From NCBI GenBank assembly GCA_963824165.1, contig CAWGOM010000009.1, positions 79,972 to 143,971 of the forward strand: a stretch of DNA of 64,000 nt, read 5' to 3'. The notes under the pieces are model-generated. The model saw only the letters and a program-made list of their open reading frames with translations, had not been told where the DNA came from and made no database searches. The position numbers and the translations under genes were made by a program. This DNA is from an uncultured Acidobacteriota bacterium. Its GTDB lineage: Bacteria; Acidobacteriota; Thermoanaerobaculia; UBA5066; Gp7-AA6. Positions 46,564 to 55,730 of this stretch are shown here, in pieces. Numbering within the stretch: position 1 is the first letter of the stretch; every line of letters starts with the position of its first letter.

Positions 46564-48455
46564 CTACCAGCCGCCGCCGCCACCGCCGCCGGAGCTTCCC
46601 CCGCCGCCTCCCCCGCCGCCGCCGCCGCTCGAGGAGGAGGACGGCGCCGAGACCCCTGCCGCGAGCGCACCCGCGGCGACCGCCCAGGTCCCGGACGCGC
46701 CGGCCCCGCCGAAGGCGCCGCCGCCACCCGTCCAGCCGCCACCCGAGGACGAAGACGAGGAGGACGAGCCGCTCGACGAGCCTCGCCACGTGCTCGTGCC
46801 CGTCGCGGCCGCCGCGGCACCGTGCGCCTTGAACCACTTGTCCGCCTGCGAGGTCAGGCCGAAGGCCACGACGTAGGGGAACCACGAGTCCTCCAGCCGC
46901 GGCGCGGGCCTGGAAAGCTCCGAGGCGAAGTAGCGGCGCGCCGAAGCCAACGACTTGCGCCGGGCGACGCGCTTCGGGCCGCTGCGTGTCTTCGCGATGA
47001 AGAAGAGACCGCTCACGACCGCCAGGCGCAGGAGCATCTGCCCGATGACGACGATCGTCGAAGTGCGCGAACCCTCCCGAACGCCGAGCCACGCGAACCA
47101 GAAGAGCAGCGCCGGCACCCACAGCAGGAGCGGCGACCAGGCGTCGAGCCGGTCGATGCGCTTCTGGAACGCCCACGCGAAGATCGCGCCGATGCCGAAG
47201 AGGACCAGATGGAGGATCGCCGAGCCGATCGCCTCGCCGAGCGGCTCGACATCCGAGACGACCGCGTAGGCGTGGACGGCGAAGCCTCCCAGGAAGAGCA
47301 GCACCGTCAGCCGCCCCCCCGTCACGGGCGATTTGTCCTGGAAGTCCGCATGCGTCTTCAGCTTCGCCTCGAGGCCCGGCTTGATCTTCGAGGACGGGTC
47401 GAAGCCGCTCGCCTTGTAGTGCTTCTTGATCGCGTCGGTGTCGGTCTCCGTGCGCCCGGAGAAGAAGAGCGCCTGGACGAGGTCCCGGTCGTAGCCCTGA
47501 AGTTCCGAGACCGGCACCAGGAGGCGCATCGAGAGCGTCTTGCCGCTGGCTTCGGTCGAGATCTTCCTTTCCGCCGAGAGCCGCGCGAGCACCGCCGCGA
47601 CCTCCGGAGCGCCGATCGACTCGTCCCACAGCGCTCCCGCCTCCTCGGGCGCGAGGTTCAGGAGGTCCTTCTCGAGCCACGCCTGGTCGATCGCCTCGGG
47701 CGGCGTGAGGGGCGCGAAACGTCCGAGCGCGGTTTCGCGGCGGCGCCAGGCGAGGTAGAGGAGGACGATCGCCGCCGCGAATACGCCGAGCAGCCCGCGC
47801 CGGACCGCCGGGGTCATGACCGATGCGGACACGACCGGCGAGCCGCCGCCGGTGTAGGACAGCGGCACCGTGACGGTGAAGTTCGACCGGGGAGAGAGGA
47901 CCCCGCTCTCGTAAACGCCCGGGAACGCGCCCTCCGGCTTCCACACCGGGTCGAGCTCGAGCGAGACGCGAAGCTTGCGGATCGGAAAGTCGGCCGCCGG
48001 CAGCCCGAAGTTGTGGTCGAGAAGGTAAGTGCTCCCCTGCTTCACGAGCACTCCCGAGAGCACGTAGGCAATCTCGTAAACGAGCTCGGTGTTCGCGAAC
48101 TCGGGGTCGGACGGGAGGCGGCTTCGCCAGCGCAGGACGTTCTCGCCGCCCCAGCCCCATTCGTCGACCGCGGAGAGCCCCCCTGGGAGAGCTCGTGCCG
48201 CGTCCCGTCGGGGTCGATGCGGTGGATCGACTCGAGCGCGATCGACTGCCCCGGACGGACGTCGAAGCTCCGCTCCCCTCCGTTCCAGTCCCCCGTGAAC
48301 ACCATCGCCTGCTTCTCGGCGACGTGAAGGGCGCCCTGCGCGTCCAGGCGGGCGCGCACGTCGATCGAGCTCCAGTGGAGCTCGCGGCCGGGCAGAGGCG
48401 CCGACGCGAGTACGGCGATCACGAGAAGACCCGGGAGGCGAAGTCGTCGTCTCAT
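46564..48455 (-). CDS. DUF2207 domain membrane protein with Gly/Ser-rich tail, frame disrupted in a C6 run at 48178-48183
   Basis: Signal plus N-domain in track ORF 48042-48455. After ...HELSQG the sequence continues in the frame of ORF 46564-48063 (LSAVDEWGWGGENVLRW...VLSGVLVKQG by my translation). TM helices and a terminal SSGGGGGGGW tail are typical of DUF2207. Confidence 0.7.
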
Positions 48456-48494
48456 GGCGGAGATTCTACGGCTCGGGCGCGAGCCAGGCGCGTC

Positions 48495-48911
48495 TTACGC
48501 GACGCGCTCCTTTCGGCGCGCCACGGGGATCACGAACCGGATCGAGGTCAGCCGCGGCGAGAAGGCCGCGATCTTGTTGTCGACGAGGCCCGCGGCCAGG
48601 CCCGCCTTCTGGACGTCGATCCACAGGAACGGGAATCCGAGCTCGGCGAGGAAGGGCTTCTTCGGAAAGACGACCCAGAGCGAGCCCGCCGGCTCCAGGC
48701 GCCTCTCGAGGTCCGCGAAGAAGGCGGAGAGCGAGCCCTCGGCGGGCACCTCGGCCATGAGCCAGGCCAGGCGGCCGGGCGGGAACTTCGTCACGCGCTC
48801 GACGAGCGGCCCGAAGATCGCGCGCATGGTCTTCACGAACTCCGGCGAGCGCCCGACCGCGTAGGCCGGCTCCGCCCCCGGCAGGGAGAACTTCTCCCAC
48901 GGGGCCTTCAT
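48495..48911 (-). CDS. DUF3052-like protein
   Basis: 138 aa. SLWVVFPKK......F....DVQKAGLAAGLVDNKIAAFS resembles DUF3052 (from memory). Confidence 0.5.
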   Translation of the reverse strand: MKAPWEKFSLPGAEPAYAVGRSPEFVKTMRAIFGPLVERVTKFPPGRLAWLMAEVPAEGSLSAFFADLERRLEPAGSLWVVFPKKPFLAELGFPFLWIDVQKAGLAAGLVDNKIAAFSPRLTSIRFVIPVARRKERVA

Positions 48912-48946
48912 GCGCCGATTCTACGCGGGAGCCCTAAGATGGAGGC

Positions 48947-49675
48947 GTGACCTTCGAGTCGGACCTCTACCCCGACGAGTACTTCGACGGGCTCCACCGG
49001 GTCACGCCGTTCGCCGCGCCAAAGCGCAAGTGGATGGAGCGCGACCGGGACATCCTGCGGCTGTCCTCCCCTTCGCCCGGGAAGACCGTCCTCGACCTCG
49101 GCTGCGCCCGCGGCGACGTCTGCTTCCTGCTCGCCCCGCGCGTGAAGGAGGCCGTCGGCATCGACGCCTCGGCGCGGGCCCTCGAGATTGCCGAGGCCGA
49201 ACGGGCGCGCCGCGGGCTCGCCAACGTCCGCTTCGTCCGCGGAGACGTCGCGACGCTCGAGCCGATCCCCGACGCCTCGATCGACCTGGCCGGCGCCTTC
49301 GACCTGCTCGAGCACGTCGACGACGAGACGGTCCGTCAGATGCTCCGGGCGCTGACGCGGGTCCTGAAACCCGGCGGCCTCTTCGCGGCCTACACGCCCA
49401 ACCGTGAGCACTACGTCGAGAGGCTCAAGGCGCACGACGTCCTCCTGAAGCAGTTCCCCGAGCACATCGCGGTGCGGCGGCCGCGCGAGGTCCGGCGGCT
49501 CCTCGAGGAGGCGGGCTGGCGGCTTCTCGAAATGACCTACTCGCCCGCGCCCTTTCCCGTGGTCCACGGGATCGAGAAGCTCCTCTGGCGCGTGCCGGGG
49601 ATCGGGCGGCTCTTCCGCTACCGGATCCTGCTGCGGGCTGCGCCGCCGGCGGCGCCAACGGGGGTCAGGCCTTGA
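48947..49675 (+). CDS. class I SAM-dependent methyltransferase
   Basis: 242 aa, GTG start. VLDLGCARGDV, GIDAS and FDLLEHVDDE..RQMLRALTRVLKPGG. The 3' end reads into repeat 49661-49724. Confidence 0.8.
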   Translation: MTFESDLYPDEYFDGLHRVTPFAAPKRKWMERDRDILRLSSPSPGKTVLDLGCARGDVCFLLAPRVKEAVGIDASARALEIAEAERARRGLANVRFVRGDVATLEPIPDASIDLAGAFDLLEHVDDETVRQMLRALTRVLKPGGLFAAYTPNREHYVERLKAHDVLLKQFPEHIAVRRPREVRRLLEEAGWRLLEMTYSPAPFPVVHGIEKLLWRVPGIGRLFRYRILLRAAPPAAPTGVRP

Positions 49676-49724
49676 ATCTGTACCGGTTGAGGACCATTCG
49701 AGTACGGAATCAAGGCCTGACCCC
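49661..49724. repeat. palindromic element family A, copy 3
   Basis: GGGGTCAGGCCTTGAATCTGTAC ... GTACGGAATCAAGGCCTGACCCC, between the methyltransferase and GT2 genes. Confidence 0.75.
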
Positions 49725-49743
49725 AAGATAGACTGGCCGGTTC

Positions 49744-50595
49744 ATGCGCGTCAGCGTCGTCGTCCCCTGCCGCAACGCCGCCCGCACGGTAGGCGACGCC
49801 GTCGCCTCGGCGTTCGCCCAGTCGGAGCCGCCGGCCGAGGTCGTGGTCGTGGACGACGCTTCGACGGACGGCTCGGCCGACGCGGCGCGGCAGGCCGGAG
49901 CGCGGGTGATTCGCAACGCCTCCCGCCGCAACGCCGGCGGGGCCCGCAACGTCGGCATCGAGGCGACCGAGGGCGATCTCGTGGGGTTTCTCGACGCGGA
50001 CGCCGTGGCTCCCCCGGACTGGCTCGCCCGCGCGCGGCGTGCCTTCGCGAGCGACCCGGCGATCGTCGGCGTCGGCGGGCGCATCCTCAACGGACGCCCC
50101 GGCCGCTACGGCGAGCTCGACTACTACCTCAATCACTCCGAGTGGATCGCCGCGGGCGAGCCCGCGGCGAAGGCGAACATCCCCACCATGGCGATCGTCT
50201 ACCGGCGCGACGCCATCGGGCCGGTGCGCTTTCCCGAGTCGAACACCGGCGAGGACACCGTCTTCGCCCTGGCGGTGACGGCCCGGGGCGGACGGCTGTG
50301 GTACGACCCCGCGATCGCGGTGACGCACCGCCACGAGCGGCTCGACTGGAGCGCGTTCTGGGAGAAGCAGGTCGCCTGCGGGCGGACGATCTACGAGACC
50401 CGCCGCGACCACGACCGGCCGGGCAAGTCGCTCGTGCGCTTTCCCGCCCTGCTCTTCCTCTTCCCGCACCTCTGGATCACGGTCGGCCGGATGCTCCGCG
50501 CGGGCCACGGCGCCAGGGCGCTGGCGCTCTTCCCGTGGCTCTTCACCGGCGAGGTCGCCCGAATCAAGGGGTTCTTCGAGGCTCGCGCGGCATGA
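49744..50595 (+). CDS. family 2 glycosyltransferase
   Basis: 283 aa. VSVVVPCRNAA..V..A..S...Q, VVVVDDASTDGS and FLDAD (DXD). Confidence 0.85.
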   Translation: MRVSVVVPCRNAARTVGDAVASAFAQSEPPAEVVVVDDASTDGSADAARQAGARVIRNASRRNAGGARNVGIEATEGDLVGFLDADAVAPPDWLARARRAFASDPAIVGVGGRILNGRPGRYGELDYYLNHSEWIAAGEPAAKANIPTMAIVYRRDAIGPVRFPESNTGEDTVFALAVTARGGRLWYDPAIAVTHRHERLDWSAFWEKQVACGRTIYETRRDHDRPGKSLVRFPALLFLFPHLWITVGRMLRAGHGARALALFPWLFTGEVARIKGFFEARAA

Positions 50596-51698
50596 CCGTC
50601 CGCAAGCTCGCCCAGGGCCTGGCCCTCGCCCGCGACTGGATCGCTCCCACGGACTCGATCGCTCAGTGGACGCACTTCGTGACGTCCGTCTGCAACGCGC
50701 GCTGCGCGCACTGCTTCTATCCGATCAACGCCGGCAAGAACGAGCTGACCCTGGAGGAGATGGACCGCTTCGCGGCGACCCTGCCGCCGATCCGCCTGCT
50801 CCTGATCTCGGGCGGCGAGCCGTTTCTCCGGCGCGACCTGCCGGAGCTCATCCGGGTCTACTTCGAGCGCTGCGCGTTCTTCTCGGCCTCGATCCCGACC
50901 AACGGCTTCTCCCCCGACGAGATCGCGCGGGCGGCCGAGAAGATCTGCTCCTTCTCGCCGGACCTTTCGCTCGGCGTCACCGTCTCGATCGACGGCTTCC
51001 GCGAATTCCACGACCGCGTGCGCGCCGTGCCCGGGCTCTACGACCGCGCGCTCGCGACCCTGGAGGCGCTGATCGATCTCTCCCGGCGCACGCCGAACCT
51101 CACGGCCGGCGTCACGACCGTCTTCATGCGGGACAACCAGAAAGAGATCGAGGCCTTCTGCGAGTTCGTCTACGCGAAGTACCGGCCGAACCATCACTCG
51201 CTCGGCTTCGTCCGCGGCGAGGCGTTCGACCCGTCCGTCAAGGAGAACCTCGACGTCGACCTCTATCTGCGGCTGTCGAAGACGATCGACCTCCGTTATC
51301 CTCCGGACGAGGCCCGCGCCGGCTGGAAGGGCGCGCGGACCCGGGCGCGGCGGGAGATCAACCGCCGCCGCTTCGAGTACATCGGCCGCCAGGCGAAGGG
51401 CGGGGGCTTCGAGGGTTTCTGCCTCGCCGGCGAAAGGGAGTACGTCCTGACGGAAGAAGGCAACGTGCACGGCTGCGAGCTCATCTCGGACGTACTCGGC
51501 AACGTCCGCGCGTCGGGCTACGACTGGGCCAAGATCCGCGAAAGCGAAGCCGCGCGGGAGTTCGTCTCCGCCAAGCACGCGCGCCTCTGCAAGTGCACGC
51601 ACGAGTGCAACGCCCGCACGATGATCCTCTTCGACAAGAAGAACGCCCTGCCGGTCGTCGCGGCGATGGCGGGGCTCGAGGCGAGGCGCACGCCATGA
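50592..51698 (+). CDS. radical SAM protein with SPASM/twitch-like C-terminal Cys cluster
   Basis: ATG overlaps the GT2 stop (ATGA). CNARCAHC (CX3CX2C), ISGGEPF, and a C-terminal C..GE......G.V.GC...LGN...C.C.HEC. Confidence 0.8.
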   Translation: MTVRKLAQGLALARDWIAPTDSIAQWTHFVTSVCNARCAHCFYPINAGKNELTLEEMDRFAATLPPIRLLLISGGEPFLRRDLPELIRVYFERCAFFSASIPTNGFSPDEIARAAEKICSFSPDLSLGVTVSIDGFREFHDRVRAVPGLYDRALATLEALIDLSRRTPNLTAGVTTVFMRDNQKEIEAFCEFVYAKYRPNHHSLGFVRGEAFDPSVKENLDVDLYLRLSKTIDLRYPPDEARAGWKGARTRARREINRRRFEYIGRQAKGGGFEGFCLAGEREYVLTEEGNVHGCELISDVLGNVRASGYDWAKIRESEAAREFVSAKHARLCKCTHECNARTMILFDKKNALPVVAAMAGLEARRTP

Positions 51699-52648
51699 GC
51701 AAGGGCAAGAACGGCCTGCGCCTGAACTCCCTCAAGTACATGCTCGAGCTGACCTCCCGCTGCAACCTGCGGTGCGGGATGTGCCCGATGGACGTCCTGA
51801 CGCGGCCCTTCGAGGACGCCCCCTTCGACATGGTCGAGGACGTCGCCCGTCAGATGCGGGAGCTGAAGCTCCCGATGAAGTACCTCCACGAGATGGGCGA
51901 GCCCTTCCTCTACAAGCGGCTCTGCGAGGCGATCGACCTCTTCCCGGGCGTGTGCGTTTCGACCAACGGGACGCTCCTGTCCGAGCAGTGGGCGAGGGAC
52001 ATCCTGGCTTCGTCGCTCTCGAAGATCCGCATCTGCATCGACACGCTCAAGCCCGAGGTCTACCCCATCGTGAGGAAGGGCGGGAAGTTCGACGTCGTCG
52101 TCGAGAACATCCGGCGTTTCCTCGAGATGTCGAAGGGGAAAAAGATCGTCGTCGAGATCCAGCGCATGATCACGACCCAAACTCACGACGAGAGTGTCAA
52201 GAGCTTCCGCGAGTTCTTCCATCTCGACCGCTACCCCCAGGCGACGATCATCCAGAAGACCTGCGAGGGCCTCGACACCTCCGAGGTCACCGAGCTCCAC
52301 CAGGCCTACTACGGCTGTTTCCAGGGGACGCCGTACCAGTGGTTCGTCATCCTCTGCAACGGCGACGTCACGCACTGCTGCTACGACTACGACGGCACCC
52401 AGAAGCTCGGCAACGTGCGGGAGAAGTCGATCGCCGAGATCGCGGCCTCGCCGTTTCTTGCGACGATCGAAGAGGGATTCCGCGCGGGCGACTTCTCGAA
52501 GCTTCCGCGCTGCGCCGAGTGCTTCAAGAACCCGGCGGCGAAACCGCCGCTGACCGACCGTCTCTGGCGGATCGCCCAGGTCTTCCCCTGGAAGGACCCG
52601 TTCCGGAAGTTCCTGAACATCCCGGGGGTCCCGGGCGGAGAGAACTGA
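51695..52648 (+). CDS. radical SAM/SPASM domain protein
   Basis: ATG overlaps the previous stop (ATGA). LELTSRCNLRCGMCP, HEMGEPF, and C-terminal CNGDVTHCCYDYDG...LGNV...CAEC. Confidence 0.85.
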   Translation: MSKGKNGLRLNSLKYMLELTSRCNLRCGMCPMDVLTRPFEDAPFDMVEDVARQMRELKLPMKYLHEMGEPFLYKRLCEAIDLFPGVCVSTNGTLLSEQWARDILASSLSKIRICIDTLKPEVYPIVRKGGKFDVVVENIRRFLEMSKGKKIVVEIQRMITTQTHDESVKSFREFFHLDRYPQATIIQKTCEGLDTSEVTELHQAYYGCFQGTPYQWFVILCNGDVTHCCYDYDGTQKLGNVREKSIAEIAASPFLATIEEGFRAGDFSKLPRCAECFKNPAAKPPLTDRLWRIAQVFPWKDPFRKFLNIPGVPGGEN

Positions 52649-52672
52649 CCGGCGACGCGCAAGCGGTTGCCG

Positions 52673-52868
52673 GTCATCCCGAGGGCCGCAGGCCCGAGGG
52701 ATCCCGGACTCGATAGCTGACCCTGGCTCAAGAGCACGGGATCCCTCGCTTCGCTCGGGATGACGTTCGATGAGCCTCGGGTTGACAGGCGTTGAGTGCT
52801 CGGGACGACGGTTGATGGGCGCTCGGGTTGACGGGCGACGAGCGCTCGGGATGACAGGTGACGCGAGC
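52673..52868. repeat. repeat cluster family E: GTCATCCCGAG motif, GAGGGATCCC inverted repeat and a 5-unit 22-23-bp tandem array
   Basis: GTCATCCCGAG at 52673-83; CCCGAGGGATCCC (52693-705) and GGGATCCCTCG (52738-48). The unit CTCGGG(A/T/C)(T/C)GAC recurs at 52754, 52776, 52799, 52822 and 52845. Confidence 0.75.
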
Positions 52869-52871
52869 AGT

Positions 52872-52950
52872 TGAGTTACCGTCGGCCTCCGGCCGGCGTT
52901 GCCTACTGCCGGGGGTCTTACGTTGGTGGACGGCTCGCCGCCCGCTTTGC
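52872..52950. repeat. about 80-nt repeat family C, copy 2
   Basis: TGAGTTACCGTCGGCCTCCGGCCGGCGTTGCCTACTGCCGGGGGTCTTACGTTGGTGGACGG... matches 11915-11996. It overlaps the topA stop and the last about 10 codons. Confidence 0.65.
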
Positions 52951-55581
52951 CCGAGGCTTCGCGACTCTCGTTGCGCCGGCCTTCGCGTCGCCGTCGTCCG
53001 CGGCGGCCTTCGCCCGGGGGGACCGCTTCTTCGCCTTCGCCACGACCACCGCGTCCGGCACGTCCGGCGGCGCCTCCGGCGTGAACTCGACGATCGGCGG
53101 AAGCTCCCCCGGCGGCTTCTCGAACCCGCAGCCCGCCTTGTCGCAGGCGAAGACGTTGCCGGACTTGCGCTCGCGGAAGAGCAGGTACGCGTTGCCGCAC
53201 TGCGGGCACTTCTCGGGGATCGGGCGCACCGACAGCGAGAAGTCGCAGTTGGGGTAATTGATGCAGCCGTAGAAGGGGCGGAACCGCCCGCGGCGCTCGG
53301 CGATGATGCCGCCGTCCTTGGGGCACCGGACGCCGGTGTCCTTGACGGGCTTGGGCGGCTTGTACTTGCACGCCGGGTAGTTCGAGCACGACACGTACGC
53401 CCCGAAGCGCCCGTGCCGCCGCACCAGGCCGTTGCCACAGCGCGGGCAGTCGAGGCCGGTCGGCTCGTCGGGCTTGGCCTCGGCCTTGCCGCCGGCGACG
53501 GCGATGTTCACGACGTTCCGGCACTTGGGATACGCCGTGCAGCCGAGGAACGTCGAGCCCGTCCGGCTCTGGCGCACCTTCATCGGCTCGCCGCACTCGT
53601 CGCAGGTCGTCTTCTCGATCTCCGACATGTCGACGGCGTCTTCCTCGGGGTCCGGGATGTCCTGCGTGAAGGTGCACTCGGGGTAGCCGCTGCAGGCGAT
53701 GAAGAGGCCGTTTTTCCCCATGCGGAGCTTCAGCTTCTTGCCGCACTTGGGGCACTTCTCGTCCATCTCCGGGACGGCCGAGAGCTTCAGCTTCTTCGCC
53801 TGGGCGAGCGGGATGCCGGCCTTGCCCGAGACCATCCCTTCGAGCGCCCGGTCGCGGTCGCGCGTGAAGGTCTTGTCGAAATCCGAGAGCGCCTTCGTCC
53901 AGGAGAGCTTGCCCTCCTCGACGTCGTCGAGCGCCTCCTCCATGCGCGCGGTGTAGGCGGTCTCGAAGAAGTCGTCGAAGTACGGGATCAGCAGCTCGAT
54001 GACCGTCCGCCCGAGGGCCGTCGGGATGAAGCGGCGGTCCTTGCGGTGGACGTACCGGCGCTCCTCGATCTTCCGGAGGATCTCGGCATACGTCGAGGGC
54101 CGGCCGATGCCGTTCTCTTCGAGGAACTTCACGAGCGAGGCCTCGTTGAAGCGAGGCGGCGGCTGGGTGGCCTTCTTCTCGGGCACGACCTCGACGAGCT
54201 TCAGGGTCTCGCCCTGGGTCAGCGGCGGCAGCTTCGGCGAGTCCTTGTCGGCGTCGTCGTCCTCTTCGGCGGAGACGCCGTACGCCGCCAGGTACCCCGC
54301 GAACTTCAGAGTCGAGCCGGAGGCCCGGTAGACCGCGCGCCCGGCCGTGATGTCGGCGGAGGTCGTGTCGTAGACGGCGGGCGCCATCTGCGAGGCGACG
54401 AAGCGCTCCCAGATGATCCGGTAGACCTTCGCCTCGTCCCCGGCGACGTACTTCGCGACCTCGTCGGGCGGAAGGTCGAGGTACGTCGGGCGGATGGCCT
54501 CGTGCGCGTCCTGCGTGTCGCGGCGGCTCTTGAAGTAGCGCGGGGACTCGGGCATCGACTCGGGCCCGTACTTTGCGGCGATGTGCTCGCGGACCGCCGT
54601 CAGCGCGTCGGCGGACACGCGCGTCGAGTCCGTGCGCATGTACGTGATCAAGCCGACCGTGCCCCGCCCCGGAATCTCGCGACCCTCGTAGAGGCGCTGG
54701 GCGATCTGCATCGTGCGCCGCACGGCGAAGCCGCGGCGGGCCGCGGCCTGCTGGAGCTGCGAGGTGATGAAGGGCGGCGCCGGGTTCTTCCGGCGCTCGG
54801 AGGTCTCGACCGAGGAGACGGTCCAGGCGGCCTTCGCGACTTCGTCGAGAACCTTCTTCGCCGACGCCTCGTCCGGCAGGCGCGGGTCCGAGCCGTCGAA
54901 CTTGAGCTTCTCGCCGTCGAAGGACGAGAGGCGCGCCGTGAACTCCGGCGGGATCCTCCCCTCGAGCCGCGCGTCGACCACCCAGTACTCGACCGGGACG
55001 AACGCCTCGATCTCGCTCTCGCGCTCGCAGATGATCCGCAGGGCGACCGTCTGCACGCGCCCGGCGGAAAGGCCACGCCAGACCTTCTTCCAGAGCAGGT
55101 CCGAGACCTCGTAGCCGACGAGCCGGTCGATGATCCTGCGCGCCTGCTGCGCGTCGACCCGCCGGCCGTCGATCTCGCCCGCCTGCTCCATGGCCGCGAG
55201 CACGGCCTTCTTCGTGATCTCGTTGAAGCGCACCCGCTGGAACTTCGTCTTGCCGGCGCCCGGTTGCAGGGTCTGCTGGAGGTGCCAGGAGATGGCCTCG
55301 CCCTCGCGGTCCGGGTCGGCGGCGAGATAGACGTTGTCGGCCGCCTTCGCGGCCTTCTTCAGCTCGTTGATCGTCTTCTCTTTGCCGGCGAGGATCTCGT
55401 AGGTGGGCTCATAAGAATGTCCGCGGTCGATGCCGAGGCCCTTGCGCGGCAAATCCCGGACATGGCCGTACGACGCGAGGACCTTGAACCCCTTACCGAG
55501 AAACTTCTCGAGGGTCTTGGCCTTCGCGGGCGACTCGACGATGACGATGGACTTGGCCATATGGGGCGGGGACGGTCTCAC
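52918..55581 (-). CDS. topA: DNA topoisomerase I
   Basis: 887 aa with Toprim IVESPAKAKT, active-site region GLITYMRTDS, several C-terminal CxxC zinc ribbons and a Lys/Ala-rich tail. Confidence 0.95.
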   Translation of the reverse strand: MRPSPPHMAKSIVIVESPAKAKTLEKFLGKGFKVLASYGHVRDLPRKGLGIDRGHSYEPTYEILAGKEKTINELKKAAKAADNVYLAADPDREGEAISWHLQQTLQPGAGKTKFQRVRFNEITKKAVLAAMEQAGEIDGRRVDAQQARRIIDRLVGYEVSDLLWKKVWRGLSAGRVQTVALRIICERESEIEAFVPVEYWVVDARLEGRIPPEFTARLSSFDGEKLKFDGSDPRLPDEASAKKVLDEVAKAAWTVSSVETSERRKNPAPPFITSQLQQAAARRGFAVRRTMQIAQRLYEGREIPGRGTVGLITYMRTDSTRVSADALTAVREHIAAKYGPESMPESPRYFKSRRDTQDAHEAIRPTYLDLPPDEVAKYVAGDEAKVYRIIWERFVASQMAPAVYDTTSADITAGRAVYRASGSTLKFAGYLAAYGVSAEEDDDADKDSPKLPPLTQGETLKLVEVVPEKKATQPPPRFNEASLVKFLEENGIGRPSTYAEILRKIEERRYVHRKDRRFIPTALGRTVIELLIPYFDDFFETAYTARMEEALDDVEEGKLSWTKALSDFDKTFTRDRDRALEGMVSGKAGIPLAQAKKLKLSAVPEMDEKCPKCGKKLKLRMGKNGLFIACSGYPECTFTQDIPDPEEDAVDMSEIEKTTCDECGEPMKVRQSRTGSTFLGCTAYPKCRNVVNIAVAGGKAEAKPDEPTGLDCPRCGNGLVRRHGRFGAYVSCSNYPACKYKPPKPVKDTGVRCPKDGGIIAERRGRFRPFYGCINYPNCDFSLSVRPIPEKCPQCGNAYLLFRERKSGNVFACDKAGCGFEKPPGELPPIVEFTPEAPPDVPDAVVVAKAKKRSPRAKAAADDGDAKAGATRVAKPRAKRAASRPPT

Positions 55582-55645
55582 ATCAAACTGGAAATCGCAA
55601 ACTCGACCGTTCCGCTTGTCTGCAACATCCGGCTATTCCCGGGGA

Positions 55646-55716
55646 GTAAGCCGTAGGCGGTAAGCGGTAAGCAGGAAAGGAGTTTGGCTCACGGCTTACT
55701 GCTTACTGCTGACTGC
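55646..55716. repeat. hairpin repeat family D (GGTAAGCGGTAAGCAG ... CTGCTTACTGCTGAC), copy 1
   Basis: Imperfect long hairpin in the dprA-topA intergenic spacer. Shares CGGTAAGCGGTAAGCAG and GGCTCAC..TGCT.ACTGCT.ACTG with 60962-61028. Confidence 0.65.
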
Positions 55717-55730
55717 CCACCGACTCTCCC

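Noticed and set aside
46564-46700. GCC/GGC-rich simple-sequence tract
   Set aside because: It encodes the Gly/Ser-rich C-terminal tail typical of DUF2207 proteins and is not an independent repeat feature.
45301-48327. 1008-aa plus-strand ORF across trmFO and DUF2207
   Set aside because: It is antisense to two recognisable genes and its composition is low-complexity.
52753-52868. Possible CRISPR array
   Set aside because: The period is only 22-23 bp, with 11-nt degenerate repeats and related rather than unique spacers. There are no cas genes.
52858-55656. 932-aa plus-strand ORF opposite topA. The same applies to 57989-60991 (1000 aa) opposite the OMP gene.
   Set aside because: These are shadow ORFs. 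The opposite strands encode topoisomerase I and a signal-peptide-bearing OMP with clear motifs.
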